64,000 bases of DNA, taken from contig OX597841.1 of NCBI GenBank assembly GCA_951406725.2, forward strand, positions 26,164,001 through 26,228,000. Direction: 5' to 3'. Under the pieces are notes generated by a model, which was given only the letters and a program-made list of their open reading frames with translations, made no database searches and was not told the DNA's origin. Positions 40,443 to 53,883 of the stretch are shown here, one piece after another (within the stretch, counting starts at the first letter, position 1; the number at the start of each line of letters is the position of its first letter). A program made the translations under genes and the position numbers. The DNA comes from Octopus vulgaris. Taxonomy: Eukaryota.

Positions 40443-41245
40443 AACTATTGAGAAATCTGCAGTTACTCTATCCAGATCACAAGTTCAGGTTTATACCTGT
40501 AATTATTGGGGTACTGGGATATGTAACACACTGCCTAAATATCAATCTTCAGAAATTTAGACTTCTCAAAACCAGAAAGGAGAAAGCCGATTCGAAGACA
40601 ACAGATCCAAGACGTCACTGGAGATGCAAAAATCTCTTTTACTCTTTACTCTCTTTTACTTGTTTCACTCATTTGACTGCGGCCATGCTGGAGTACCGCC
40701 TTTAGTCGAGCAAATCGGCCCCAGGACTTATTCTTTGGAAGCCTAGTACTTATTCTATCGAACCGCTAAGTTGCGGGGACGTAAACACACCAGCATCGGT
40801 TGTCAAGCGATGTTGGGGAACAAAGACACACAAACACACACACACATATACATATATACGACGGGCTTCTTTCAGTTTCCGTCTACCAAATCCACTCACA
40901 AGGCTTTGGTCGGCCCGAGGCTATAGTAGTAGACACTTGCCCAAGGTGTCACGCAGTGGGACTGAACCCGGAACCATGTGGTTGGTAAGCAAGCTACTTA
41001 CCACACAGCCACTTCTGTGAAACCTTCAAGAAATTTATCATTTAAATATATATGAGCATTCTAGACATGTATGTATATACATGAAAAGACATACATAAAA
41101 CATACAAATCTGCACATATACATACATGCAAACAAAAATACCCTGTTGTTGATGTTGAAATTCCAATGAAGGAGCCTTGGATCTAGGTTAGAAACCAGTT
41201 CTTTCTCTATTGGCAAGAAATCTTGAAATAAAACTGGACAATGAC
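40443..41245 (+). mobile_element. RLE-type LINE 3' end interrupted by a SINE A, ending in (CATA)n
   Basis: LLRNLQLLYPDHKFRFIPVIIGVLGYV.../...VTGDAKI [SINE] CETFKKFII*; PVIIGxLG is an RLE motif; UTR matches 18808, 19005 and 19608. Confidence 0.8.
40633..41012 (-). mobile_element. SINE family A inserted in the LINE remnant
   Basis: Reverse complement of the family A unit. Confidence 0.9.
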
Positions 41246-41797
41246 ACACATACATGCATACATACATACATACATACATACATACATACATACATACATA
41301 CGTACGTACATACTGACATAGGTACGTACGTACGTGTACGTACGTACATACATACATACATACATACTTACATGCATGCATGTATACATACATACATACA
41401 TCATACATACATACATACATACATACATACATACATACATACATACATACATACATACATCATACATACATACATACATACATACATCATACATACATAC
41501 ATACATACATCATACATACATACATACATACATACATACATACATACATACATACATCATACATACATACATACATACATACATACATACATACATACAT
41601 ACATACATACATACATACATACATACATACATGCATAACATACGTACATACAGCATACATTACATACATGCGTACGTACATACATACATACACACATACA
41701 TACATACATATATATATACATACATATATACATACACACATACACACACACATACATACATACTTACATACATATATACATACATACATACATACAT

Positions 41798-41844
<47 letters not shown>

Positions 41845-41994
41845 GTGAATACCGTAGATCCAGAGACAGGCAAACAGGCGAGCAGACACGTCAGTATACT
41901 TCGTAATAAAGTTAAAATCGCTTTGAGAGTTCGGCTGTTGAAGTTTTCAAACACCATTCTCAAGTGTGTCTGTGTGAGGGAGAGAGGCAGAGAA

Positions 41995-42055
<61 letters not shown>

Positions 42056-42458
42056 GCTAAAGCAAGGAATAGAACATAAAATATTGTGTATATATACACA
42101 CACAAACATACACACATACATACACTCATGCGTGCATATATATGTGTATATATATATGTACGGGTATGTGTATATATGAATACATATATGTATATATGTA
42201 CATGTAGGTGTACATGTATGTATGAATACATACATACATACATACATATATATCTATATATATATATATATATATGTGTGTATGTCTCTCCCTCTCTCTC
42301 CTTCTCCCTCTCTTTCTTTATGTGTGTGTGTGTGTATTTGTATGTATGTGTAGACATATATGTACATACATTTGCACACACATATATATGCATATATGTA
42401 AATTTATATATATGTGTATATATGTATATGTATGTATACATATATATATAAACTCTCC

Positions 42459-42496
<38 letters not shown>

Positions 42497-43627
42497 ATTT
42501 ATATATAAATACTCACACACATCAAGAAAGAGAGAGATGGAAAGAGAGGGAGAGAGAGAGACAGACAGACAGAGGGAAATAAAGAGGCAAGAGAGAGAGA
42601 GAGAGAGAGAGAGAGTGTGTGTGTGTGTGTGTGAGAAAGAGATATCTCGCGAAAAAGAAAATAGGAAGGCATACACGGAGATCGAAGAAAGATATAAAAA
42701 AAAAGAGAGAGAGAGATCGTAAAGAGAAAATGAAGCAGTGAAATAAAGGAAACCAAAAACAGAATCGAAAACGACCCCCACCACCCCACCGTCACAGCCA
42801 CCGCCTCTCCATGCAACGCCAACGCCACCATCGCCGCAGACAGGAAAGAAAGAGGCGCGAAAATATCAAAACTTGTTCCGAAATTAAACAAAGATGGTTT
42901 CCATTGTGTCCGGATTGCAGAAACTTATTGAAAAGAGACTCACTTTAAACGGTTTGCGATAGAGGCGAGAGCTACGTGACACGTCCAACCACTCGGTGTG
43001 GAAATGATTGCGCGATGCCATGATGACGACGACGACGACGACACGATGAAAGGTGGTGGTGGTGGTGGTGGTGGTGATGGTGGTGGTGGTCGCGGTCGTC
43101 GTCATGGTGGTTGTGGTAGTGGTGGTGGCGGTGGTGATGGCATTGGTTGTGATGGTGGAGGTGGTAGTAGTTGTGATGGTGGTGGTGGTAATAATGGTTT
43201 TTGTGATGGTGGTGGTGGTAATAATGGTTTTTGTGATGGTGGTGGTCCTTGTGGTCATGGCCATGGTGGTAGTGGTAAACGTTGTGGTAAAGGTGGTGGT
43301 GGTGGTGGTGGTTGTGGTTGTAGTTGTTATTATAGTTGTGGTGGTAGTAGTTTCAGCGATTGGTGTTGTGTTGTGGTACGTCAAAATGTCTGCATATGTG
43401 TGTATGTGTGTGAGTGTGTGTGTGTGTATGAGTGTGTGTGTGTGTGTGTATGAGGAGTGTGTGTGTGTGCGTGTGTATGAGTGTGTGTGTGTTTGTATGA
43501 GTGTGTGTGTGTGTGTGTATGAGTGTGTGTGTGTATGAGTGTGTGTGTGTGTGTGTATGAGGAGTGTGTGTATGTGCGTGTGTATGAGTGTGTGTGTGTG
43601 TGTATGAGTGTGTGTGTGTATGAGTGT

Positions 43628-43658
<31 letters not shown>

Positions 43659-43765
43659 AGTGTGTGTAGAGTTTTGTATATGTTGTGTCTGCATGTATGT
43701 GTTTGTGCGTGTGTGCATATGTGTGTGTGTGTGTATGTTGTGTCTGCATGTATGTGTTTGTGTGT

Positions 43766-43810
<45 letters not shown>

Positions 43811-44577
43811 ACATGTATGTGTGTGCATGCATGTGTGTGTGTGAGTATGTGTGTGCATGTGTACGCGTGTGTCTGTGTCTATGTGTGTGTTGGTATGTGC
43901 TTCGATTACGTATCTGTGTACACGTGTGTGTGCGCATGCCTATGTATGTCTGTGTGTGTGTTTGTGTGATCCCGAGTGTGTGCGGGTGTAATTATGTAGA
44001 TGGATGTATGCGCATGTGTGTATGTATTTGTGTATGTGTGTAGGTGTTTGTGTATGTGTGTAAGTGTGTGCAATTATATACACGTTGTACAGTATGTATG
44101 TGTATGCATGTACATACGTACAACAGTGTTAGAGCTACATGTGTGTGCATATGTGTGTTTGTATCTGCGTGTGTGTATATGTGTGTGTGTATCTGTGTAT
44201 GTGTGTGTGTGCATGTGTGCGTGTGTGTGTGTGTGTGTGTGAGTGAGAGAGAGAGAAAGAGGGAAAGAGATACTGTGTGTGAGTGTGCCTATGTGTGTAT
44301 GTGTCGATGTGTGTGTGTGTGTGTGTGTGTGGAATTTTGTACATGTATGTATATATATATACGCATGCGTGTGCATACGTTTGAATGCATATGTGTGCAT
44401 GTGTGTGCGCGCGTGCGTGTGTGTGTGCGCGTGTATATACGTATGCGTGTGTGTGTGTGCGCGCGTGTGTGTGTATGTGTGTGCGTGTATGTGTGTGTGT
44501 GTGTGCGTGTATGTGTGTGCGCGTGTGTGTGTGTGCGCGTGTATATACGTGTGTGTGTGTGTATGTGTATGTGTGTA

Positions 44578-44611
<34 letters not shown>

Positions 44612-45044
44612 CGTGTGTGCGTGTGCGCGTGTATATACGTGTATATACGTGTGTGTGTGTGTGCGTGTGTGTGTGCCTGTATGTGTATGTGTGTGTATGT
44701 GTGCGTGTGTGTGTATGTGTGTATGTGTATGTGTGCGTGTGTGTGTATGTGTGTGTGCATGTGTGTGCGTGTATGTGTGTGCGTGTTTGTGTATATATGT
44801 GTGTGTGTGTATGTGTATGTGCGTGTATGTGTATGTGTGTGTGTGTGTGTATATATGTGTGTGTGTGTGTGTGTGTGTCTTCATCTGACGATGTCCGCTG
44901 CCCCCCTCTGCTGCACTAAGAAACACCTTCGTTTAATCATCGACGATTAAAGTGTTAAACCTCCTCTTACCAACACCATCAGCACCAGGCAAACGTCGGC
45001 GCCACCGACCCACACAGACCAACGTTGTACCCGCAGCCAACGAA

Positions 45045-46495
45045 GGTGAGATCTGCATGGTAGCTATCGCTGCTAGAAATAGCAGCCAAATTTCCCTGAC
45101 GAGGGAGAACTCCACATGGTAGCTAGACCTGTTAGAAATAGCAGCCAAATCTCCCTGACGAGGGAGAACTCCACATGGTAGCTAGACCTCTTAGAAATAG
45201 CAGCCAAATCTCCCTGACGAGGGAGAACTTCACGTGGTAGCTAGACCTGTTAGAAATAGCAGCCAAATCTCCCTCAAATCACCCAATTCACTCGTATGTT
45301 TGAAAATATTATGAATGACCTAACGAGGGAGCTCTCCACATGGTAGCTAGACCTGTTAGAAATAGCAGCCAAATCTTCCTCACATCACACCTTACTGTCT
45401 TATGTATGTATGTATGTATGTATGTATGTATGTATGTATGAGCCAATGAGAGAGATCTTTACATGGTAGCTAGATCTGGTAGAAATTGCAGCCAAATCTC
45501 CCTCAAATTATAGCCTACTCTCTTGTGTGTATATATGTAAGAGCTAAGGAGAGAGACCTCTACATGGTAGCTAGACCTGGTAGAAATAGCAGCCAAATCT
45601 TCCTCAAATTATACCCTACTCTCTTCTATGTATATATGTAAGAGCCTAAGGAGAGAGACCTCTAAATGGTAGCTAGACCTTCTAGAAATAGCTACCAAAT
45701 CTCCTTCAAATCACTCGCTTCTATCTTATGAATGCATGTCTATATGCATGAGCCAATGTCGGAGACCGCTACATGGTAGAAAAATCTGTTAGAAATAGCA
45801 GCCAAATCTTCCTCAAATACCCTACTCTCTTTTGTATGTATTTATGTAAGAGCTACGGAGACCTCTACATGGTAGCTAGACTTGGTAGAAATAGCAACCA
45901 AATCTTCCTCAAATCATACCCTACACTCTCTTGTATGTATATATGTATGAGCTAAGGAGAGAGACCTCTACATGGTAGATAGACCTGCTTGAAATAACAA
46001 CCAAATCTCCTTCAAATCACACGCTTCTGTCTTGAATGCATGTCTATATGCATGAGCCAATGTCGGAGCCCTGTACATGGTAGAAAAATCTGCTAGAAAT
46101 AGCAGACAAATCTCCCTCACATCACACAGTACTGTTTTATGTATGTAGCCATGTATAAGCCTGGCCCGAGGATGTCTACATGGCAGCTATATGCATGTAT
46201 ATTCGTATGTATGAGCCAATGAGGTATACCTTTACATGGTAGCTACACCTATTAGAAATAGCAGCCAAATCTTCCTCAAATCACACCCTTTTGTCTTATG
46301 CATGTATATGCGTATGTATGAGCCAATGAAGGAGATCATTACGTCGTAGAAATAGCAGCCAAATCTTCCTCAGATCACACCCTGCTTGTTAAATGTATGT
46401 ATGTATGTATGTATGTATGTATGTATGTATGAGCCAGTGAGGGAAATCTCAACATGGCAGCTAGACCTGCTAGAAATAGCAGCCAAATCTTCCAA
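45045..46495 (+). repeat. Tandem array of about 15 units with core CATGGTAGCTAGACCTGTTAGAAATAGCAGCCAAATCT
   Basis: First units have a 59-bp period; later ones are ~90-160 bp with (TATG)n linkers. Confidence 0.92.
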
Positions 46496-46706
46496 GAAAT
46501 AGAGTCTCTTAAGAGGCGGGTCTGTCATGGTTGGAATTCCCATGGCTGAAAGTCTATTCGGTCGATGCTGACCTATGCCTAAACCATAACATCATCATCA
46601 TGAACTGCAGCAACAATAACCTTGTCTAGTGCACAGCTCACAGTCCACCACCACCACCACCACCACCACCACCGCCATCACAACCATCACCGCCACGGTA
46701 CTACTA

Positions 46707-46813
<107 letters not shown>

Positions 46814-46869
46814 ACTACTACTACTACTACTACTACTAGGAACACGGCATACCCACTAATGTATCACTC

Positions 46870-46900
<31 letters not shown>

Positions 46901-47335
46901 CCACCGCCGCTGCACGACGACGACGACCACCACCACCACCACCACCACCACTACCGACACAACTACCACCATCACTAGTACGACGACGACGATCCACCAC
47001 TACCACCGCCGCATGCACAACTACCACCACAACCACCACCACCACCACCACCACAAACACCACCAACAACAACACACTACCAACACAACTACCACCATCA
47101 CTTGTACGACAACGACGATCCACAACTACCACCGCCGCTTGCACAACTACCACCACTACCACCACCACCATCACCACCACTACCACCAACACAACTACCA
47201 CCATCACTAGTACGACGACGACGACAATCCACCACCACCACCTCCACTACCGCCTCCACTGCCACTACGCACCACAATATACCTTGTCCGTGGCAGACAA
47301 TACGAAACGCCACGTTCAAAATAACCAACACCCAA

Positions 47336-47417
<82 letters not shown>

Positions 47418-47608
47418 ACACACATCTCTGCAGCACCATTCTCACCACCACCACCAACAACCACCACCACCACCAACAACAACTACAACAACAAATACCA
47501 TTGACCACAGCGTACAATACAACCAGCACAGCCACATATAACACTTCCATCCGTTCACCTCCACCACAACCACCATATATATATACCATCACGCACACCC
47601 AAACACAC

Positions 47609-47676
<68 letters not shown>

Positions 47677-47833
47677 TATACGCAGACATATACACGTACG
47701 TGTATATCATGAACGACCGACCAAGAGTGCTCTGTATAGTTCCGTGGTGTTTGCTGTCTTCTCCAGACATCTCTCTGTAACGAATACAAAACGTGCTGGA
47801 CACCGTGTTACCGAGCTGTACAATATGTGTGTG

Positions 47834-47865
<32 letters not shown>

Positions 47866-47955
47866 CATACATACACACATATATACATACACATACCTAC
47901 TTACATACACATACATACACACACACTCATATATATATATATATATATAGCTATG

Positions 47956-48009
<54 letters not shown>

Positions 48010-48205
48010 CATATACACACACATTCATATAGCTATATAGCTATATATATATATATATGTGTGTGTATGTATGTATATATAGATATGTATGTATTTATCT
48101 ATATATATCTATACATATATGTATGTATGTATGTATATATATATACACACATGTATATATATGTATATATATATATATATGTATATATATATACACACAT
48201 GTATA

Positions 48206-48246
<41 letters not shown>

Positions 48247-48401
48247 GCATACACATACACAAAAACATGTGTGTATATATATATGTATGTACGGATGTAT
48301 ATATTTGTGTGTTTGTGTGATGATATGTTGGTGGCGGTGGTGGCATTGGCGTTGGTTGTTCTTTTCTGTATGGTCAAGAATACGCTCAGTTTACGTACGA
48401 C

Positions 48402-48450
<49 letters not shown>

Positions 48451-48455
48451 GTGCG

Positions 48456-48511
<56 letters not shown>

Positions 48512-48831
48512 TATATACGTGCGTATGTATATATGTATGTGTGAATTTAAATAGATATCTATAGTGAATTCCTGAAAGAAGATATCCATATATGGACGTA
48601 TGGACGTACATATGTAGGTATTTAATCTCCAATGTCTTTACAGGGCATCAATTCCTCGGGGTAGAGAATGGCTTTAAGAGGGTCCAAGATGAGCCAATAT
48701 GGAGGCAGTTACGCGGTTGAACAAATTAAATATATTAAAGATAACAGTTTGGGTATGAAGTGGAAAATATGTATATATGTATTCATGCAAAATTAAAGAA
48801 AACAAAAACTGGAACTCTCAGCCGATGGATA

Positions 48832-49343
48832 TCTTTATATATAAAAGTGAGGTTGTGTGCTGTCTGTCTCCTACGATCTACATTCCTAACTACTCCCACA
48901 TTTTGCGGTGCAGTTTAACCAAATTCGGGTATCTTATAGTCGTGATTCATATCGAGCCCGTCTGAGTATTAGCGCGCGTCTACGATGAGTCTACGATTTT
49001 AAAAATAATTTAACATCATTTTTTATTCCATTTTAATGCATAATTTTTCGTGTGTCGATGGCGGCGGAGTTGGCGTCCATGGTCACACCTGCACCTGTTT
49101 GCTTCTCCCCCTTCTTCCCTCCCTCGTGAAGCTGTGGGGAAGGGAGTGTAAGGAAATCAACGTCGTAAAGCGTTGTCAAGGAGACCAGCGTTCTTTTAGA
49201 ACAACGACTTCATGGCTTGAAGACACCAAAACAGAAATGGCTAAGAAAGCCCGAATTGGCATCTATAAGGGAAGTAACTCTCTAAAAATGCTTATATAGT
49301 TATTTCCCTTACAAACCCGAGCAACGCCGGGCGATACTGCTAG
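48832..49343 (+). mobile_element. Non-autonomous Helitron
   Basis: A|TC start, hairpin and CTAG end; same family as 34598. Confidence 0.9.
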
Positions 49344-49738
49344 TCTTTATATATAAAAGTGAGGTTGTGTGCTGTCTGTCTCCTACGATTTAGATTCCTA
49401 ACTACTCCCACATTTTGCTGTGCAGTTTAACAAAAACCGGGTATCTTATAGTCGTGATTCATATCGAGCCCTTCTGGGTATTAGCGCGCGTCTACGATGA
49501 GTCTACGATTTAAAAAATAATTTACCATAATTTTTTCCCATTTTAATGCATTTTTGGCATATATAAGGGAAGTAACTCTCTAAAAATTTATTATTAAATC
49601 TCAGAACGTAAAAAGCTACAGTAACACCCCCCCTTTGTGGTTAACTATATTGATATGGCTATTATACTTTACATCTCTAAAAATGTTTATATAGTTATTT
49701 CCCTTACAAACCCGAGCAACGCCGGGCGATACTGCTAG
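49344..49738 (+). mobile_element. Non-autonomous Helitron, internal variant, fused to the previous copy
   Basis: Starts TCTTTATATATAAAAGTGAGG directly after CTAG; ends hairpin plus CTAG|T. Confidence 0.9.
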
Positions 49739-49787
49739 TTTATGTATAAATCTAAAGATATTTATAATGATGGGCTCAACTTAGACA

Positions 49788-50810
49788 GGCGCAGGAGTGG
49801 CTGTGAGGTAAGTAGCTTGCTTACCAACCACATGGTTTTGGGTTCAGTCCCACTGCGTGGCACCTTGGGCAAGTGTCTTTTACTAAAGCCTCGGGTCGAC
49901 CAAAACCTTGGGAGATGATTTGGTAGACGGAAACTGAAAGAAGCCCGTCGTATATATGTGTGTGTTTGTGTATGTGTAGTGTTTGTCTGCAGCTATATGC
50001 ATGTATAGTGGAGGCGCAATGGCCCAGTGGTTAGGGCAGCGGACTCGCGGTCATAGGATCGCGGTTTCGATTCCCAGACCAGGCGTTGTGAGTGTTTATT
50101 GAGCGAAAACACCTAAAAGCTCCACGAGGCTCCGGCAGGGGATGGTGGTGATCCCTGCTGTACTCTTTCACCACAACTTTCTCTCACTCTTACTTCCTGT
50201 TTCTGTTGTACCTGTATTTCAATGGGCCGGCCTTGTCACTCTCTGTGTCACGCTGAATATCCCCCGAGAACTACGTTAAGGGTACACGTGTTTGTGGAGT
50301 GCTCAGCCACTTACACGTTAATTTCACAAGCAGGTTGTTCCGTTGATTCGGATCAACCGGAACCCTCGTCGTCATAACCAACGGAGTGCTTCCATCCGAG
50401 GCTCCGGCAGGGGATGGTGGTGATCCCTGCTGTACTCTTTCACCACAACTTTCTCTCACTCTTACTTCCTGTTTCTGTTGTACCTGTATTTCAAAGGGGC
50501 CGGCCTTGTCACTCTCTGTGTCACGCTGAATATCCCCCCGAGAACTACGTTAAGGGTACACGTGTCTGTGGAGTGCTCAGCCACTTACACGTTAATTTCA
50601 CGAGCAGGCTGTTCCGTTGATTCGGATCAATCGGAACCCTCATCGTCGCAACCGACGGAGTGCTTCCATGCATGTATAGTTGTTGTGTGTGTTTACGTCC
50701 CTGTAACTTATCGGATGGGATAAATACTAGGCTTCAACTAAAAACCCTTTAAGGAGGTGCTCTAGCATGGCCGCAGTCAAATGACTGAAAGAAGTAAAAG
50801 AATAAAAGAA
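49788..50810 (+). mobile_element. SINE family A split by a SINE B insertion
   Basis: 5' half 49788-49950, 3' remnant ~50690-50810. Confidence 0.8.
50010..50667 (+). mobile_element. SINE family B partial dimer
   Basis: Full copy 50010-50394 plus headless copy ~50397-50667, enclosed by one TSD ATGCATGTATAGT. Confidence 0.92.
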
Positions 50811-51162
50811 TTAAATGAAATACAGGTACCTGTACCTGAGTACAAACGATAAAAGTTTCTTAATTCTGTACTGTGTAAGGTACCAGTAAACAACACACTC
50901 TCACACACATAGGCTCACACAGACACACACGCACGCTCGCACGCACATACACATACGCACTGCCTGCCATATACATACACGCACATATGCTCACGCGCTC
51001 TTACTCACACACACACATTCACACACGCACAGCACAAACACACACGCGTGCAGACACACACACACACACATGAACACTCATCTGTCATCGTCACACGTAC
51101 GCATTCACACAAGCATTCACTTTCACATACATGTATACACACGCACACACACACACATTCAT

Positions 51163-51202
<40 letters not shown>

Positions 51203-51419
51203 GCACACGCAGTAAAAGATGTGTGATTAATTAAAAAGCTGAGTAAACAAATGTGTTCTGAAGCCACCGCCCCCACCACTAACCAACACCATCATCATCA
51301 CCAACACCACTACCACAATCATAACCCCCACCACCGCCGCCGAGGCTACCACCACCACCACCAACACGCACCGTTTCTTCCTAGAATTCCTCCATGAACA
51401 CCTCCTCACTCTCCCCCAC

Positions 51420-51740
51420 TGCACACAACCACTCCGCGGCTCCGTCGCTCCTTCGCCCCGCTGCCCCGCCATTTTACGCCTCCTTTCAACCAGTTCCGAA
51501 AATGCTTGCCTTTTCCTTTTATCTCTCGAGTTTATCGTCCAAATTTTTACACGGACAGTGTGATTGAAGGCGGCGTGGTGCGGAATCGGGGCGGTCAAAG
51601 GTGAGAATCGGGGTGGGGAGGGGGCGGTTGGGTGGAGGAAGAGGAAGGCGAGGTGGTAAAAGCGGAGGCGACGACAATGGTGGAGGCGGCAGCTGCAGCC
51701 GTTGTGAAAGCGACGGCGTTTGTGGAAAGCCGGCTGGCTT
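51420..51740. promoter_or_regulatory. CpG-rich promoter-like island
   Basis: CCGCCATTTT (YY1-like), several GGGGCGG/CCCCGC boxes, AAG|GTGAGA donor-like site at 51601. Confidence 0.35.
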
Positions 51741-51770
51741 GGCTGGTTGTGATAGAGATAAGCGGCAAAC

Positions 51771-52109
51771 GGTGAGCTAGCGGAAGCGTTAGCACACCGG
51801 GCGAAATGATTTGCAGTACTTCGTCTGCCGTTACGTTCTGAGTTCAAATTCCGCCGAGGTCGACTTTGCCTTTCATCCTTTCGGGGTCGATAAATTAAGT
51901 ACCAGTTACGCACTAGGGTCGATGTAATCGACATAATACCTATGTCTGTCCTTGTTTGTCCCCTCTATGTTTAGCCCCTTGTGGGTAGTAAAGAAATAGA
52001 TAAATTAAGTACCAGTTACGCACTGGGGTCGATGTAATCGACATAATACCTATGTCTGTCCTTGTTTGTCCCCTCTATGTTTAGCCCCCTGTGGGTAATA
52101 AAGAAATAG
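51771..52109 (+). mobile_element. SINE family C with duplicated 110-bp 3' portion
   Basis: TAAATTAAGTACCAG...AAAGAAATAG at 51891 and 52001. Confidence 0.9.
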
Positions 52110-52296
52110 GTAAGATACTCACGGTAACATGTTAAACACTTCTAGGGACCTGGCTGAATCGTTAGGGCAGCGGAATAAATAAAATCCTGAGATATTTTTT
52201 CTATTTCATGTTCGAATCTCGCTAGGGTCGACTTTGTCATTGCTTCATATTTCTTTTTCCTGTTTTTCTTTTTTTTTTTTGTTTTTGTTTTCAGTG

Positions 52297-52476
52297 GGCG
52301 CAGGAGTGGCTGTGTGGTAAGTAGCTTGCTTACCAACCACATGGTTCCGGGTTCAGTCCCACTGTGTGGCATCTTGGGCATCTTGGGCATCTTGGGCAAG
52401 TGTCTTCTACTATAACCTCGGGCCGACCAAAGCCTTGTGAGTGGATTTGGTAGACGGAAACAGAAAGAAGCCCGTC

Positions 52477-52568
<92 letters not shown>

Positions 52569-52790
52569 GTGTGTGTATGTTTGTGTGTCTGTGTTTGTCC
52601 CCCCAACATCGCTTGACAACCGATGCTGGTGTGTTTACGTCGCCGTCACTTAGCGGTTCGGCAAAAGAGACCGATAGAATAAGTACTGGGCTTACAAAAG
52701 AATAAGTCCCGGGGTCGATTTGCTCGACTGAAGGCGGTGCTCCAGCATGGCCGCAGTCAAATGACTGAAACAAGTAAAAGATAGTAAAGA
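52297..52790 (+). mobile_element. SINE family A, full length
   Basis: Matches the family A unit; GCATCTTGG triplicated. Confidence 0.93.
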
Positions 52791-52809
52791 GTGGTTAGAT
52801 ATAGAATAC

Positions 52810-52920
52810 CTGTCTACTTCAATGACTGGCTGTGTAGATTCACTGGACAGTTGCCCGGGGGTCTCAGGTCTCACGCGTTCAGGGTCCCAATTCTCATCTA
52901 CGCATGCTGTGGTTTTTTTG
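52810..52920 (-). CDS. Possible 111-nt exon: KKTTACVDENWDPERVRPETPGQLSSESTQPVIEVD
   Basis: Minus-strand acceptor TTTTTTATATATGACAG, donor CAG|GTATTC, open frame-preserving unique sequence. Confidence 0.25.
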
Positions 52921-53325
52921 CTGTCATATATAAAAAACCCCTCCCCAAAAATGTAGGACGCAATGCACCTATCCATAATGCTGCCTAGGCGACCCCGGCT
53001 GGATTCTTCTTTTCTTCTTCTTCTTCTTCTTCTTCTTCTTCTTCTTCTTCTTCTTCTTCTTCTTCTTCTTCTTCTCCATTTTACTTTTCCTTCTCTTCTC
53101 CGTTCTACCTTTCTATATCATATCCATCCATGCACACACACATACACACACACACACACCTTAACATGATTATATATTTATATCAATACACATACACACA
53201 CATACCCCTCCACTTTATATATAAACATTCATACATGCTTGCGAATGTACAAATATATTTCTATACACAAGCACAATTACGCTCACATACATGTAGATAC
53301 ATTTGTGTGTGTGTGTTTATATATG

Positions 53326-53414
<89 letters not shown>

Positions 53415-53587
53415 TAAAAAATGGAGTTAACGCAGGTGTAAACAAATATTTTTACTTTCGACACATGTTTCGAAAATTCCACTGATACTATTCAAAAGAA
53501 TAAATGGTATAAACAATGCAATCTTCTCTATTTATTTATTTATTTTTCCGTGTTAATTGTTAACAAGGTAAAATACACTCATCTATT

Positions 53588-53652
<65 letters not shown>

Positions 53653-53655
<3 letters not shown>

Positions 53656-53819
53656 CAGATATCCGAAGAGACGGTGTTGTGGATTTCCACTTCGGCATCT
53701 GAAACTCAGAGTTTAATTTTGACTATTGAGTAATTGTAACATATTATTTTATAGATAAATTTCCTCTATTTACATAATATTGAGGTCTCTTTCTTTCTTT
53801 TGTTATCTTACCGTTTTTA

Positions 53820-53825
<6 letters not shown>
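53653..53825 (+). mobile_element. Penelope-type terminal repeat with hammerhead-like motif
   Basis: CCGAAGA, long stem, then GAAACTCAGAGTT; lies between (TA)n tracts; last ~40 bp recur at 28011-28050. Confidence 0.55.

Positions 53826-53883
<58 letters not shown>

Noticed and set aside
42998-43538. Gly-rich or Val-rich ORFs (also 59110-59827)
   Set aside because: (GGT)n low-complexity DNA, open in multiple frames.
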